A DNA stretch of 58,396 nucleotides from IMG/VR virus record IMGVR_UViG_2654587819_000003, one strand, 5' to 3'. Made by a program: the position numbers and the translations under genes. Within the stretch, counting starts at the first letter, position 1. Every line of letters begins with the position of its first letter. The DNA comes from an uncultured virus (IMG/VR IMGVR_UViG_2654587819_000003) (taxonomy: Monodnaviria; Sangervirae; Phixviricota; Malgrandaviricetes; Petitvirales; Microviridae). This document shows, piece by piece, positions 49,431-58,396 of the stretch. The notes below the pieces were generated by a model, which saw nothing but the letters and a program-made list of their open reading frames with translations, ran no database searches and was not told the origin of the DNA.

Positions 49431-50687
49431 ATGACCCAAAGCATTCAATCGTTGCGGGAGCGCCGCGACGCCATCGCCAAGAACATCAACAGCCTGATGG
49501 AGAATCACGCCGGCGATAAGTGGGGCCCCGAGCAGCAAAAGGCGTACGACAACGGGATGGCTGACCTTGATCGCGTCAACGGCGAAATCAAGCGTCATGA
49601 GGAATATCTCGCCCGCCTCGGCGAGGAGGCTGCCAGCGGTCGGCCCGATGGCCTGATCAATGCCTCGGTGCGTACGCCCGGCGCCCACAGCGAGGAATCC
49701 CGGGCGCTGCGTGCATACCTGTCGGGGGGGATCTCCGCCATGGCGGACGAGGATGTGCAGCGCATGCGGGCACGCCGTAGCCCCGAGGTTCAGGCTGCCA
49801 TGTCGACGAACGCGGGGCCCGAGGGCGGCTATACGGTGGCGCAGGAATACTACCGCCAGCTCGCCGAGGCAATGCGGGCGTTCGGCGGCCTGCGCAACCT
49901 GGCGACCGTGATCCCCACCTCGACCGGTGCTGACCTGAACTTTCCGGCCGCCGATGCCACGGCCGAGGAGGGCGAGATTGTCGGCCAGAATCAGCCGGTG
50001 GGTAGCCAGGACACCACGTTCGGCAACATGCTGATCAAGGTCTGGAAGTACAGCTCCAAGTCGATTGCGGTCCCGTTCGAACTGATCCAAGACAGTATGT
50101 TCGACATCGAGCTGTACATCCGATCGCTGCTCGCAATGCGTCTGGGCCGTATCACCAGCAAGCATTTCGTCATCGGTGATGGTGCGACGCAGCCCAACGG
50201 CATCGTGACGGCGTCGCAGGTGGGCAAGGTTGGCGCTGCAGGCCAGGTCGGCGCCGTCGGCTACGACGATCTGGTCGACCTTGAGCACAGCGTGGATCCG
50301 ATCTACCGCAGCAGTCCGAAAGCCGGGTGGCTGGTGCACGACCAGACGATCAAGGCGGTTCGCAAGATCAAAGATGCCAACGGGCGCCCGGTTTTCGTGC
50401 CGGGCTACGAGCAGGGAAATCCGGGGGGCGCGCCGGATCGCCTGCTCAATCGCCCTCTCAACGTCGACCAGGCTATGCCGCAGATGGCTGCCAACGCCAA
50501 GTCGATCGCGTTCGGCGATTTCTCGAAGTACGTCGTGCGTGAGGTCATGGATCTGACGCTGATCCGGATGGCTGACTCCCGCTATATCGAGCGAGGTCAG
50601 ATCGGTTTCATCGCGTTCAACCGTCAGGGCGGCAACCTGGTCGATGTTGGCGGCGCGGTGAAGCTGTACCAGAACCCCGCCGCCTAA
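49431..50687 (+). CDS. HK97-fold major capsid protein
   Basis: N-terminal coiled-coil delta domain; EGGYTV, ELIQDS, GDG..QPNGI and IAFGDFSKY. Confidence 0.95.
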   Translation: MTQSIQSLRERRDAIAKNINSLMENHAGDKWGPEQQKAYDNGMADLDRVNGEIKRHEEYLARLGEEAASGRPDGLINASVRTPGAHSEESRALRAYLSGGISAMADEDVQRMRARRSPEVQAAMSTNAGPEGGYTVAQEYYRQLAEAMRAFGGLRNLATVIPTSTGADLNFPAADATAEEGEIVGQNQPVGSQDTTFGNMLIKVWKYSSKSIAVPFELIQDSMFDIELYIRSLLAMRLGRITSKHFVIGDGATQPNGIVTASQVGKVGAAGQVGAVGYDDLVDLEHSVDPIYRSSPKAGWLVHDQTIKAVRKIKDANGRPVFVPGYEQGNPGGAPDRLLNRPLNVDQAMPQMAANAKSIAFGDFSKYVVREVMDLTLIRMADSRYIERGQIGFIAFNRQGGNLVDVGGAVKLYQNPAA

Positions 50688-50758
50688 CGCGGCTGCGGAA
50701 TTTGAGGCCAACGATGGCGCGCCAGGTGGCCGCCATCGTGCAACGGGAGAGCATCAAC

Positions 50759-51103
50759 ATGGCAAAGAACCAAGCCGCCGCGACGGCGGCGTTGGCTGCG
50801 GCGGCGGCCGGTCAATCGCGGGAATCCGGGCAAGCTGGCACGGACGAGGAGGCGGGCACAACGAGTCAGCAGGAGGGCGGGATCGCCGAAGGCGCGTCCG
50901 GTGCCGACGCGCCCGCGCCGACGCCCTCACCGACACCTCGCGCAGTTACGCAGAAACGGGTACGTGCTCGCGTTCTCGTCGATGGTCGGTTCGGCAAGGT
51001 GAATGACGTGATCGAAGTTGAAGGCGACACGCTCGACGGTGCCCAAGGCGAGCTATGCGCGCATCCGGCATCGGTGGTCTACGCGCTGTCGTTGAAGAAG
51101 TAA
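50759..51103 (+). CDS. Phage hypothetical protein after the capsid gene
   Basis: GGGAG RBS; low-complexity N-terminus and a small C-terminal domain. Confidence 0.65.
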   Translation: MAKNQAAATAALAAAAAGQSRESGQAGTDEEAGTTSQQEGGIAEGASGADAPAPTPSPTPRAVTQKRVRARVLVDGRFGKVNDVIEVEGDTLDGAQGELCAHPASVVYALSLKK

Positions 51104-51106
51104 GCC

Positions 51107-51661
51107 ATGCGCACCGTGATCCAGCCGCCGGCCGAGGAGGCGATCACCCTCGCTCGGGCGAAGGTGCATCTGCGGATCGAGGATGACGAACTAGATGCAG
51201 AGGGCGAAGCGCTGCTACGTGACGGCATCGAGGTGGTGCGGCAGATGGCCGAGGGGGAACTGCTTCGGCCCCTGCTGCCGCAAACCTGCCTTTTCCGCGC
51301 TGACAGGCTGTCGCATCGCCTCAGGCTGTGGAACGACGTTACCGCGGTGACCGAGGTGCGATATCGCGACATCAACGGTGTCGATCAACTGTTTCCGCTG
51401 GTGCGTTGCACCGTGGAGGGTGCCCGAACGCTGGTGCTGATCGGCGATCTGCCGAGCGACGCTACCGCGGTGCGCGTCACGTTTACATGCGGCGCCTGGG
51501 CCGATCCCGCGTCGGTGCCGAGCTCGGTGGTGAGGTGGATGCTGTTGCATCTCGGCTCACTCTCCGAGATCCGGCAGACGGTGACATACGCCCAGACGTT
51601 CGCGGTGCCGGGCCTGTTCGTTGCACGGCTGCTTGATCCCTTTCGCTGTGTGGAGATCTGA
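51107..51661 (+). CDS. Head-tail connector (gp6-like)
   Basis: PPAEEAITLARAKVHLRI...LLDPFR. Confidence 0.85.
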   Translation: MRTVIQPPAEEAITLARAKVHLRIEDDELDAEGEALLRDGIEVVRQMAEGELLRPLLPQTCLFRADRLSHRLRLWNDVTAVTEVRYRDINGVDQLFPLVRCTVEGARTLVLIGDLPSDATAVRVTFTCGAWADPASVPSSVVRWMLLHLGSLSEIRQTVTYAQTFAVPGLFVARLLDPFRCVEI

Positions 51662-51988
51662 ATGGATATCGGACGCAATAATCGACGCGTTGAGCTGCAG
51701 CGTCGCGTACAGGGTCGTACGCCATCCGGTCAGCCTACGGACGGCTGGGAGACGGTTGCGCGGCCCTACGCACGTCCGCTCGGCCAGTCCGGGAGGGAGG
51801 CGATGGCGGCTGGTAAGGAAACCGCCACCCGCCAGGTGAGCCTGCGTATCCGGTATCGAACGGGTATCACGGCCGCTTGGCGTGTCATCTACGATGGCCA
51901 GATCGGCGACATCAAGGCGGTGTTGCCAGATGAGGCCGGCCGTGAGCATGTCGACCTTCTGGTCGAGATCGGCGCAAGCAGGGGGTGA
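51662..51988 (+). CDS. Head closure/stopper protein
   Basis: IGRNNRRVELQ...IRYRTGITAAWRVIY. Confidence 0.85.
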   Translation: MDIGRNNRRVELQRRVQGRTPSGQPTDGWETVARPYARPLGQSGREAMAAGKETATRQVSLRIRYRTGITAAWRVIYDGQIGDIKAVLPDEAGREHVDLLVEIGASRG

Positions 51989-51990
51989 CC

Positions 51991-52491
51991 ATGCTCGAGA
52001 TTGACGGGGACCTGCTCGCCGGCCTCGACCAACTGGAGGGCGACATCGAGGCCCACGTCGTGCGCTCGGTCGCTCATGCGGGTGCGGTCGTTTTCTACGA
52101 CGAGGCGCGCGCATTGGCGCCGGTGTACAGGGGGCCCGAGAAAGAGGGCGTCCGGCCTGGCCAACTGCGCGACGCAATTTATCGCGCCTACGCAGACGAC
52201 CGCTCGTCCGAGGGGCATGCCTACTACCGGGTTACATGGAACGCGAAGAAGGCGCCCCATGGCTTTCTGATCGAAAACGGCCATTGGCTGGTGCGCAAGC
52301 GGCGCGGGAAAAAGGAACGCATTCGCTGGGTGCCGGCGCAGTCGTTCATCCGGCGGGCGTTCGACCGCGCTCCGGCGGCCGTGTCGGCGATGCAGGACCG
52401 GGCGCGGGAGAAGGTAGCCCAGGTACTCCGGCGCACGGTGGTCGATGATTTCGGCAACGAGGTAGCGGTCGGGGGTAGCGATGACAGTTGA
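51991..52491 (+). CDS. HK97 gp10-family protein
   Basis: AGAVV..DEAR..AP, GQLRDAI, APHGFLIENGH and PAQSFIRRAFD. Confidence 0.85.
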   Translation: MLEIDGDLLAGLDQLEGDIEAHVVRSVAHAGAVVFYDEARALAPVYRGPEKEGVRPGQLRDAIYRAYADDRSSEGHAYYRVTWNAKKAPHGFLIENGHWLVRKRRGKKERIRWVPAQSFIRRAFDRAPAAVSAMQDRAREKVAQVLRRTVVDDFGNEVAVGGSDDS

Positions 52492-52834
52492 GGCCGACAT
52501 CCGCCGGGTCGTCGCGCCGTTCGTCGACGATCGCGTTTTCCCCGACGAGGCGCCGCTCGACACGCCGCTGCCCTACGTGACCTACCAGCAGATCGGCGGC
52601 TTGCCCTTCACGTTCCTCGACGGTCTGCCCGACATGCGCAACGGCCGCTTTCAATTCAACCTCTGGGCGGCCACGCGCGACGAGGCGAGCGGCCTGATGC
52701 GCGCTATCGCCGACGCGGTGGAGCTCGACCCTGTGCTGCAGGCGACCCCGCTGGGCGAGCTGGCCGGCACGGTCGAGCCGATTACCAAGCTGCGCGGCGC
52801 CCAGCAGGATTTTTCGATCTGGTTTGCGCGGTAG
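52481..52834 (+). CDS. Tail terminator (DUF3168-type)
   Basis: RVFPDEAP..TPLPYVTYQQIGG and QDFSIW. Confidence 0.8.
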   Translation: MTVEADIRRVVAPFVDDRVFPDEAPLDTPLPYVTYQQIGGLPFTFLDGLPDMRNGRFQFNLWAATRDEASGLMRAIADAVELDPVLQATPLGELAGTVEPITKLRGAQQDFSIWFAR

Positions 52835-52896
52835 CGCCCGCCGCGCCCGCATTTCCCGCCCGCTTCGCGCGGGCTTTTTCTTTTCAGGAGACCCCC

Positions 52897-53553
52897 ATGT
52901 CTGTACGTCTACCCAACGGCACGACGTTCTCTATCGCGACCAGCTATGGCCCGGCCAAGGCGTTCACGGCGGCCACCAATGCGAAGCCCGTGAAGCTGTC
53001 GAGCGTCGCACACGGCTTCACCAAGGGCGCAGTCCTCGAAATTTCCTCTGGCTGGGCCCGCCTGGACGGGCGCGTCGCGCGCGCGGATGCCGTCACGGTC
53101 GACGCCTTCGCGCTCGAGGGCATCGACACCACGGACACCGACATCTATCCCGTCGGCACGGGCATCGGCACCGTGCGTCCGGTGCTGACTTTTCAGCAAA
53201 TCTCGCAGGTGCTGCAGTCGGCGGCATCGGGCGGTGACCAGCAGTTCTACAACTACTCGTTCCTGGAGGACACGGGCGACGAGAAGCAAATCCCGACGAT
53301 CCGCAGCGCACGCTCGTACACGCTGACGATCGCCGACGACCCGACCCTCGCGCACTACGCGCTGCTGGAGGCGGCCGACGAGGACCGCGAGCCGCGTGTG
53401 GTGCAGATGAAGTTGCCCAGCGGCGCACCGATCTACTTCAGCGCCTATGTCTCGTTCTCCAAGGTGCCGACCACGACCAAGAACGAGGCCATGGCCCTCA
53501 CTGTCACTCTGTCCCTCACGGGCGAGGTGACCCGATACACGGCAGGAGCCTAA
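52897..53553 (+). CDS. Major tail tube protein
   Basis: MSVRLPNGTTFSIAT...SGGDQQF..YSFLED...QIPT. Confidence 0.88.
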   Translation: MSVRLPNGTTFSIATSYGPAKAFTAATNAKPVKLSSVAHGFTKGAVLEISSGWARLDGRVARADAVTVDAFALEGIDTTDTDIYPVGTGIGTVRPVLTFQQISQVLQSAASGGDQQFYNYSFLEDTGDEKQIPTIRSARSYTLTIADDPTLAHYALLEAADEDREPRVVQMKLPSGAPIYFSAYVSFSKVPTTTKNEAMALTVTLSLTGEVTRYTAGA

Positions 53554-53558
53554 CCCTC

Positions 53559-53879
53559 ATGTTCAGCATCAATCCGAAACCCACTTTCGCGGCTGAGGCC
53601 ACTATTCCCGTGGCCGGCGGCGGCACCGAGAAACTGAATCTGCTGTTCAAGCACAAGCGGCGCGATGACGTGCGGGAGTTTTTCGCACGGGCGAGCGAGG
53701 GCGCCGATGGTGAATCCGATGCCGACGTGCTGCTCGAAATCGTCGAGGGCTGGGAAGACGTGGACGCGCCGTTCTCGCGCGAGGCGCTCGACCAGCTCGT
53801 GCAGAACTACCCGGCCGCACCGCGCGCAATCTTCGACACCTACCTCGCCGAGTTGACCGGCCAGCGCCGGGGAAACTGA
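53559..53879 (+). CDS. Tail assembly chaperone (G-like)
   Basis: Follows the tube gene; ends with slippery G-GGA-AAC. Confidence 0.85.
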   Translation: MFSINPKPTFAAEATIPVAGGGTEKLNLLFKHKRRDDVREFFARASEGADGESDADVLLEIVEGWEDVDAPFSREALDQLVQNYPAAPRAIFDTYLAELTGQRRGN

Positions 53880-54187
53880 TCGAGGCGGCACAGCGGCTGT
53901 ACTGGCGCCCGCCGAACGCTGACCAACTGGCGGCCTTCGGCCTCACGCTCGCCGACGTACAGCCCGAGCCGCTCAGCATCTGGCCGGAGAACGCAGCCAC
54001 TGTGGAGGCATTTGTCCATCTGGGCACGCAGTGGCGCATCGGCGCCCGTGGGCCCCTCGGCCTGGACTATGCGGTCATTCCGGTGGTGCTGCAGCTGCTG
54101 CGCGTGCCGCCCGACGATCACGCCGACGTGTTCGCCGGCATTCGCATCATGGAACACGCCGCGCTGGCGGAAATGAACGGGGGGTGA
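53870..54187 (+). CDS. Tail chaperone -1 frame extension (T-like, DUF1799-type)
   Basis: Open -1 frame: IWPEN, TQWRIG..GLDY and IRIME.AAL. Confidence 0.8.
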   Translation, partial: GKLIEAAQRLYWRPPNADQLAAFGLTLADVQPEPLSIWPENAATVEAFVHLGTQWRIGARGPLGLDYAVIPVVLQLLRVPPDDHADVFAGIRIMEHAALAEMNGG

Positions 54188-54188
54188 G

Positions 54189-56858
54189 ATGGCAGAAGCG
54201 GTCGGCAATGCGGTCGTCGGCAAGGCGACGCTCGTGGTCGATGCCGACGCCACAGGCGTCAAGGCGGGCATGGGCGAGGCGCGCGCGGCGGTTGTGGCGC
54301 TGGAGAGCGTTACGGCCACCTCGGGCAAGAAATCTGCGCGCAACATCCAGACAATCGGCGAGGCGGCCACCGGCGCCGCCAGCAACATGGACGCGGCCGC
54401 CGGCCGCTTCCTGAAGAGCCTGGAGCGGCAGGCGGACCGCGCCGGCAAGACTGCTGCGGAGTACGCCGCGCTGCGCGCCGAGCAGCTCGGCGTATCGCAG
54501 GCTGCTGCGCAGTATGTCGAGCGGATGCGTGTCGCCGAGGTCGCCAACAAGGCGGCCGACACATCCACGCAAAACCTCGGCATGTCGGCCCGCCAGACCG
54601 CCGCCGCGATGCGGATGGTGGCGCCGCAGATGACGGACATTGTGACGCAGCTGGCGGGCGGTCAGAGCCCGCTGCTGGTGCTCACGCAGCAGGGCGGCCA
54701 GCTCAAGGACATGTTCGGCGGCATCGGGCCGGCTATCCGGGGCGTGGGCGGCTATGTCGCGAGCCTGGTTACCCCGACCACGTTGGCCGCTGCCGCTGCT
54801 GTAGCGCTGGCGTTTGCGTGGTCGATGGGCGCGCAGGAGGCGCGCGGCTATACGAACGCGCTCATCATGACCGGGCACTATGCCGGCATCTCGAGCGCTC
54901 AGCTGAACGGCATGGCGGAGGGGGTGTCGCGCGTCATCGGCACCCAGCATGGCGCGGCTGACGTGCTGACGCGGCTGACGGCTACCGGCCGGGTGGCCAG
55001 CGAGCAGATGAGCCAGGTTGCGGTCGCTGCAATCGCCATGGAGAAAGCGACCGGGCAATCGATCGACGAGACCGTCAAGGATTTCGTCAAGCTGGCTGAG
55101 GAACCGGCCAAAGCGTCGGTCAAGCTCAACGAGCAATACCACTACCTAACCGGCGCGATCTACGAACAGATTGCCGCGCTGGAGCGGGCCGGCCAGACCG
55201 ACGAGGCGGCAGCGCTCGCGCAAAAGACCTACGCCGCCGCCTTGGCTGACCGCGCGATGGAGGTGCGCCGCAACGTCGGTTACATGGAGCTGGCATGGAT
55301 CGGGTTGACCGATGTGGCCAAGAAGGCGTGGGATGCGGTCGCCGGCATCGGCCGCGCCGATACGCCGGCCGACAGGCTCAACGGCCTGTATCGCGCCATG
55401 GCGCAGCAGGAGAAAGAGCTCGCCGAGGCCCGGGCCAAGGGCTACAACACCGTTCAGCTGGAGGCAGCGCTCAACGCCAATCGCGCCAAGCTGCAGCAGT
55501 ACAACGACACCGTCGTCGGCGACGCCAAGAAGGCGGCCGATCAGGCGGCCAAGCAGCGTGCCGAGGACGACCGGATCGCAGCGCGCACTTCGATCGATGC
55601 GCTGATGAAGAGCGTGCGATCGCGCCAGCAGATCCGCGACGACGATCTCAAAAAATTCAAGGCCGACGCGGAGAAAGCCGGCCTGACGGCGGCGGAGTAC
55701 GCCAAGGGCGTCGCCGCCATCAACGAGAAATACAAAGACAAGGCGCAGGGGGCACGCAGCGAGGACGCCGGCACGCGCATGCTCGAGCAGTTGCGCAAGA
55801 CCGGCGCGGCGCTGGCCGCCCAGCAGACGGTCGATGAACAGTTGACCGCCGGCCAGAAGGCGCGGGCCGAGTTCGAGCAGCAGATTGCGGACATCAAGAC
55901 CCGCCAGACGCTCACGGCGGACCAGAAAAGCCTGCTGGCGCACCAAGACGAGATCCGGGCCCAACTGGACCTGAATGTCGCCGCCGAGCAGGCGATCCAG
56001 AAGCGCAAGGACGAGACGGCCGAGCTCGAGAAACAGCGCAAGTTGCTCGAGGACGCGCGTCAGCAGGCCGAAGGCATGCGCGTGCGCATCGCCGACGCCG
56101 CGCAGGCGCGCAGCGAGCAGTTCGGCCGCCAGCTCGATGCCTTCGGCCTGGGCCAGCGCGCCAACGAGGAATTGGCCGCCGCGAAGTCGATCTACCGCGA
56201 GTTCGGCTCGATGCGCACCGACTGGAACAAGTCGATGACGAAACGTGGCCTGGCCGGGTCCGATCTGTACAAGGACGGGCTTGCGCAGATCAACACCAGC
56301 GAGCAGGAGGCGCTGCAGCAGCTGGGCGCCTATTACGACGCGCTGGCGGCCAAACAGGCGGACTGGAAATACGGCGCGCTGTCGGCGCTGGCCGACTACC
56401 GAGACGCCGCGGCCAACGTCGCCGCGTCGGCGCAACAGCTGTTCTCCAACGCATTCCAGTCGATGGAGAGCGCCGTTGCCAAGTTCGCGACGACCGGCAA
56501 GCTGGATTTCAAAGGCTTCGCGCTGAGCGTGATCGAAGACCTGGCGCGCATTCAGGCGCGGGCCGCGATTTCCGGGCTGGCGCAGATGGGGATCGGCCTG
56601 CTCGGTAGTGCGTTGTCCGCTGGCGTTGGCGCGTTCTCCGGCGCGAGCACGGCGGCGGCTGGCACTGGAACGGTGCCGGTGTCCGGCGACCTGCTCTATG
56701 GCGGCAGCATGCAGGCGCCAAGCTACGGCAGCGGCGTTTTTCTGAGTGGTGCACGTGCCGGGGGCGGTCCCGTCGACGCGGGCGGCCTGTACCTGGTCGG
56801 CGAAGAGGGGCCCGAGCTGTTCAAGCCGAGCGGCTCCCCCCCCCCCCTGCCCACCTAA
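54189..56858 (+). CDS. Lambda-family tape measure protein, probably truncated at the contig end
   Basis: QMTDIVTQLAGGQSP..VLTQQGGQLKDMFGG and YLVGEEGPELF, followed by a poly-C run. Confidence 0.93.
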   Translation: MAEAVGNAVVGKATLVVDADATGVKAGMGEARAAVVALESVTATSGKKSARNIQTIGEAATGAASNMDAAAGRFLKSLERQADRAGKTAAEYAALRAEQLGVSQAAAQYVERMRVAEVANKAADTSTQNLGMSARQTAAAMRMVAPQMTDIVTQLAGGQSPLLVLTQQGGQLKDMFGGIGPAIRGVGGYVASLVTPTTLAAAAAVALAFAWSMGAQEARGYTNALIMTGHYAGISSAQLNGMAEGVSRVIGTQHGAADVLTRLTATGRVASEQMSQVAVAAIAMEKATGQSIDETVKDFVKLAEEPAKASVKLNEQYHYLTGAIYEQIAALERAGQTDEAAALAQKTYAAALADRAMEVRRNVGYMELAWIGLTDVAKKAWDAVAGIGRADTPADRLNGLYRAMAQQEKELAEARAKGYNTVQLEAALNANRAKLQQYNDTVVGDAKKAADQAAKQRAEDDRIAARTSIDALMKSVRSRQQIRDDDLKKFKADAEKAGLTAAEYAKGVAAINEKYKDKAQGARSEDAGTRMLEQLRKTGAALAAQQTVDEQLTAGQKARAEFEQQIADIKTRQTLTADQKSLLAHQDEIRAQLDLNVAAEQAIQKRKDETAELEKQRKLLEDARQQAEGMRVRIADAAQARSEQFGRQLDAFGLGQRANEELAAAKSIYREFGSMRTDWNKSMTKRGLAGSDLYKDGLAQINTSEQEALQQLGAYYDALAAKQADWKYGALSALADYRDAAANVAASAQQLFSNAFQSMESAVAKFATTGKLDFKGFALSVIEDLARIQARAAISGLAQMGIGLLGSALSAGVGAFSGASTAAAGTGTVPVSGDLLYGGSMQAPSYGSGVFLSGARAGGGPVDAGGLYLVGEEGPELFKPSGSPPPLPT

Positions 56859-56963
56859 CCCCCNNNNNNNNNNNNNNNNNNNNNNNNNNNNNNNNNNNNN
56901 NNNNNNNNNNNNNNNNNNNNNNNNNNNNNNNNNNNNNNNNNNNNNNNNNNNNNNNNNNNNNNN

Positions 56964-58396
56964 CCAGCCAGTACCGCTCCCCGGCGAAGGCATACGTCGG
57001 CAGGTCGATGCGTGCCGGATGCGGGCCTTCGCCATAGAGGCGCATCCAGTCGAAGGCCTCCCCGTCTTCGGCGCCGGCGAGCCACAGCGCCGCCAGTTGC
57101 CCCATGTCGCCGGCGGCCAGGGCGGCTTCGGCCGTCAGGCTGGCCGCGCCGAAGTCGGTCCCCGGTTCGCCGTCGATCCAGGCCTGCAGTTGCTGCCGCA
57201 GTTGTGCCGTGCTGTCGGCCATGAACACGGCCCGCGTCGACATCGCCTCGCGGCCGGTTTGCAGCGTGTAGGCCAGCGCGGCAAGATCCGGCGCGTGTTG
57301 CGCGAGATGCTCCAGCAACCGTACAGCCTGCGCCCGCAAGCCCCGTGCGTTGCGCGCCGACAGCGGCACCAGCACCCGCTCGCCCCGGTGGGTGGCGAAC
57401 GTGCGCTGCTCGCGATACGCCTCCAGCACCACATGGGCGTTGGTGCCCGAGAATCCAAAGGAGCTGACGCCGGCCCGCCTCGGTGCGCCCCGATCCGGCC
57501 AGTCGATGCCCTCGGTGTCGATCACGAGCGGTGAATCTTCGAGACTGATATGGGGGTTCTGCTGCTCGAAGTGGCCCAGCGCCGGCAGCTTGCCGTGTTT
57601 CATCTGCTGCAGCACCTTGAGTACCCCGGCGATGCCGGCTGCACCCTCGGCATGGCCGAGATTGGCTTTGACCGACCCGATATGGCAAAAACCGCGGTCG
57701 CCGGTATAGCGCGCAAAGGCCCGCTTGAGCGCGTTGATCTCGATCGGGTCGCCGAGCCGGGTGCCGGTGCCGTGGGCCTCGATATAGCTCAGGCTGCGCG
57801 GATCGATGCCCGCATCCTGCCAGGCGTGCACGATCACGTTTTCCTCGCCGGCCACGCTCGGCGCGGTCAGCGAAGGCGTGTAGCCGCCGTGCAGAGCGGC
57901 CGAACCCTTGATCACACCGTGGACCGGATCGCCATCGGCCAGCGCCTTTGACAACGGCTTGAGCAGCAGCGTCGCCACGCATTCGCCCGGCACGTAGCCG
58001 TCGGCGCGAGCATCGAACGTGTGGCAGCGCCCCGTCGGCGACAGCGCCCGGATTGCCGAGAAATACCGGTAGTGCCAGGACGACAGCAGCAGATTGCTGC
58101 CGCCGACAAAGGCCATCTCGCACTCGCCGTTGCGCAACGCAACGCAGGCGGCATGCAGCGCCACCAGCGACGACGAGCAGGCCGTGTTGAACATCAGGCT
58201 CGGCCCCTTGAAGTCGAACCAGAAGGAAATCCGGTTAGCCGCGATGGTCCCGCTGCCGGTGGCGATGTACGGGTCCATCGGCAAACCGAGCTCGGTGATC
58301 TTGTCGAGATACTCGTTGAAGCAAGAACCGATGAACACGCCGGTGCTGCTGCCGCGCAACCGCTTGATCACCCCGGCGTGCTCGGCGCTGGCGTAG
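56964..58396 (-). CDS. Trans-AT type I PKS ketosynthase module fragment
   Basis: NTACSSSL, EAHGTGT and KANLGHAEGAAG, then a short flanking subdomain to LPTYAF...YW with no AT domain. Confidence 0.9.

Larger units (their letters stand above)
41583..56863 (+). mobile_element. HK97/lambda-like siphovirus prophage segment
   Basis: Co-oriented regulation, replication, Q, HNH, terminase, portal, protease, capsid and tail genes. Confidence 0.95.

Noticed and set aside
56834..56863. Poly-C tract as a phase-variation switch ending the tape measure gene
   Set aside because: It sits in the last 30 nt of a contig, like the poly-C at 16295, so low-quality end sequence is more likely.
49101..57035. Long antisense ORFs (49101-50711, 55146-57035 and similar)
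   Set aside because: They are shadow frames of high-GC capsid and tape measure genes, with no motifs.

Overview
This window is not a contiguous locus. It is a pseudo-scaffold of about 74 unplaced contigs joined by uniform 100-N spacers, so neighbours across gaps are unrelated and ORFs that span gaps are chimeric. The host looks like a GC-rich betaproteobacterium, most consistent with the Ralstonia solanacearum species complex (inference from gene content and the CRISPR repeat). Main contents: (1) a complete, circularly permuted phiX174 genome (1760-7163) with the am3 lysis amber mutation, i.e. sequencing spike-in contamination; (2) a 15.3 kb HK97/lambda-like siphovirus prophage segment (41583-56863) running from CII to the tape measure gene, with a late promoter, terminator and -1 tail-chaperone frameshift; (3) fragments of at least two P2/RSA1-like prophages and a third phage with a lambda-type cos; (4) IS elements (ISAs1, IS5, IS21, IS110 and several IS ends) and a duplicated Tn4651-like Tn3 element; (5) T6SS vgrG/DUF4123, haemagglutinin, Ig-like adhesin, NRPS and trans-AT PKS fragments; (6) a type I-E CRISPR fragment; (7) the tRNA Tyr-Gly-Thr-tuf operon start and some housekeeping genes. 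Many contigs can be rejoined through exact 21-nt end overlaps. The best candidate for something new is a duplicated GTP cyclohydrolase I (FolE)-like gene with altered catalytic motifs, rebuilt from five contigs. No complete novel system can be shown from this fragmented sequence.
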